Assembly (NCBI GenBank): GCA_038087875.1
Contig: CM075995.1
Coordinates: forward strand, 5,396,001-5,460,000
Source: Malacoraja senta
Taxonomy: Eukaryota
Direction: 5' to 3'
DNA: 64,000 nucleotides
In this document: positions 61,535-64,000 of the stretch, piece by piece
Layout: the number at the start of each line of letters is the position of its first letter
Numbering within the stretch: position 1 is the first letter of the stretch
The notes under the pieces: generated by a model
Seen by the model: only the letters and a program-made list of their open reading frames with translations
What the model was told of the DNA's origin: nothing
Databases searched by the model: none
Position numbers and translations under genes: made by a program

Positions 61535-63020
61535 GAAAGATTGTCTGGGCATGCTGTGGACATGCTTACAGCAGTCTGGCGGAAGTGTACTCAAAAGCAG
61601 TACATTTGCGAATCTGAGTTGTGACTGTAAATGCTGCTTTCCCATTATGTAAAGAATGGGGGGAAATTTTTCTGTGTATAAAAGAATATGGAATGTTGTA
61701 CGGCACATGTCTCAAATGTCTTGGGTTTTCTCACTCTATTTAAGGGGTTGAGTTATAGTGCGATTTATTCAGATAGAAGTATATTATTCCTCGTTTTTTA
61801 TTGATGAGGTTGGAAAGACATCCTGTTGAGTCTCGTTCTTTCATTTCCAGATTAATGAAAGGAATTTTTATTTCCAGACCTTCTAAACCTAGGATGGGAA
61901 TCTGGAATATAGAGTTGTTTTAAGCTACTTCATCAATGGAGTCTTGGTACGATTCTGATTTGGCCAAGTTCAGCATGAAGGTAGTCATGCTTATGGCACT
62001 TGTAACAAGCACAGAGAGTGCAGACATTATAAAAGTGACAGATACACAGGATGGAAGTACCTCAGGATTATGTTATGTTTTACATTTTATGACCTACTCA
62101 AATGGGATCAGGTGTGACAGGATTCAAGAGTATTTTATTAGCATATTCCATGGATCCATGTCTATGTGTTAAGACATATTTGTTGCAATACATTGAGGCT
62201 ACAAAGGTCTTATGAAATATGAAAACAAGATTGTTTATCATTCACGAAAAACCATACAAGACAGTGTCAGTTCAGTCTATTTTAAGATGGTTAAAAACAA
62301 GTTTTGGTTGCTGCAGGTGTGAACATTGATGGTTTTACATTCCATTCAATTTAGCAGCAACATTGGCGACCAGGGCGAAGGACGTCCCGTCGGCCATATT
62401 TTCACAGCCGCCGGGTGATCTAATAAGTTGGTGTTTCAACACTTTTACCATCGACCTATTGCTAATACGGGGCTGTTTGCAGATACTATATTAAGTTCTG
62501 CTTAAATTTCCCTGGGTTAAAGGGGATACTGTTAATTCTTTTATTCAAATAAATGAATTATTGCATTTATCATACAAATGTCATTATTAATGCATTGTTG
62601 ATTATTTCTCGTTCCGAGTCAATCAATCCAGTGAGAAGCCGGTATTTGTATCTGCGGCATGAAATCACAAAGCTTTAAATCTTCACGTAGTCACTCACGT
62701 GACTCCGAAGTAAAATAGTAAGATTAAACGAGAACTTACCAGTTTGAAGTTTGATCTTTATTTTATGAGGAGTTACGTTGGTGATTACGTGCCCACCACA
62801 CCCAACCCTTTATCATAAAGGTCAGATGGAAGTTCTTAATTTACTTGTTTTATTTGGTTACCATATTACTTCGTTCTTGTTGTTTGTGATTTCACACCGC
62901 TGCTTTGAAGATTGACGCGCAGGCGCCCTGACGGGTCTTCTTCACGTAATCACCAACGTAACTCCTCATAAAATAAAGATCAAACTTCAAACTGGTAAGT
63001 TCTCGTTTAATCTTACTATT
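61535..63020 (+). mobile_element. DIRS1-like element 3' portion: decayed tyrosine recombinase, ICR and right terminus
   Basis: LTAVWRKCTQKQY, GLSYSAI, KVVMLMALVT/AQRVQTL and TAAG*SN...FQHFYHRPI. ICR at ~62680-62791 pairs with the terminus at ~62943-63020. Homologous to 18364-18720. Confidence 0.88.
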
Positions 63021-63454
63021 ATAGATCGCCAATCTGAAATGCAATAGAGAATTTGAGCACTTATCAAAAGTATCAATCCCAATTTATTTGGAAACTTAAG
63101 ATGGAGCCGAGTTTAGCTACACGTTTGACAAGCTAATAATATTAGCACATCTGTCATATAGATAATCCAAATTTGTTTGTTTTGGCAATTGAATGTGATT
63201 AATGTTTATTAGTGCAAGGTTGACTGCAAAGTCATATTTCTTTATTAACAAGTTGAGACTTCGAAGATGATGAAATGTGTTCACATTTAAGTTCTCCCTC
63301 CAATTTCTTTCTTCAATTGGAATTTAATATGCTGTTTATAGACAGTTCCTGTTTTGATTGGGGAATATTTTAACTTGAAGCAGGCAAAGTAACCACTTTT
63401 TCCTTCCAAAAAGAGAAAAAAATACCCTGTTTTTATGGGGTTTTTTTAAACAAT

Positions 63455-64000
63455 TTTTTTATTAGAAGCAAGTACATAATAAAAACATTTCATATATATC
63501 AATCATACATTGCAAATATTATCAATTATTTATTAAAGCTCTGCTTCTATTTTTTTTTTATATAGATAGAAAATAATAAAGAGAAAAAAAAAAAGCATGG
63601 TAAAAAAAAGAATGGAATAATTTACTAATACTACAACATTGGAGATAGGTTTGAAGATTATTAAGTATAACTTTTCATCTAATCCTGAGCTCCAGCTTCA
63701 TTCAGTTTTCCATGCCGGACCATTCTACCCCTTCAAATAGTCGATAAATGGAGACCATATTCTGACAAAAAGTTCTTGTTTGTCCATTGTCTAATTCTTT
63801 CCAAATGTAAGGTCTCCGACATTTCCATAATCCACATTTTAATTGTGGGGGTTATAGGGCCTTTCCAAAATTTTAATATTAATTTTTTCCCAGTTATTAT
63901 ACTATAGTCGAGAAAGTTTCTTTGGCTTGTAGTAAGTGTTAGGCTTTGTTCTGATATTCCTAATATTATTAGTTTTGAGTCGGGATCCAATTGGGTGTTG
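63455..64000 (-). mobile_element. L1-clade LINE 3' end, running off the window edge
   Basis: GKKLILKFWKGPITPTIKMWI plus a 3' UTR ending cttctaataaaaaaa. Confidence 0.82.

Overview
Vertebrate genomic DNA, most likely an elasmobranch (skate, ray or shark), judged from HE1/V-SINE-like and CR1 repeats. The window lies inside an ELMO-family gene (best match ELMO1) on the minus strand. Four GT-AG coding exons (164, 113, 109 and 83 nt) encode the ELMO-domain end and PH region; the 109-nt exon carries an apparent +1 frameshift. The introns are mostly transposable elements: CR1, L2, Rex1/Babar, L1/Tx1 and Penelope-like retroelements, tRNA-derived SINEs, two DIRS1-like tyrosine-recombinase retrotransposons, hAT and Harbinger non-autonomous transposons, and a non-autonomous Helitron. 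The most notable observations are three. (1) A 143-bp TSD-flanked retroposon whose first 54 nt fold into a complete minimal HDV-like ribozyme, with the predicted cleavage site exactly at the element's 5' end and in the sense of the ELMO pre-mRNA. (2) A Helitron carrying what looks like a captured SAC3D1-like exon end with its splice donor. (3) DIRS elements with an intact ITR/ICR architecture, covarying termini and an ATT recombination site. All family assignments come from motif recognition by eye, not database searches, and repeat boundaries are approximate unless a TSD is given.
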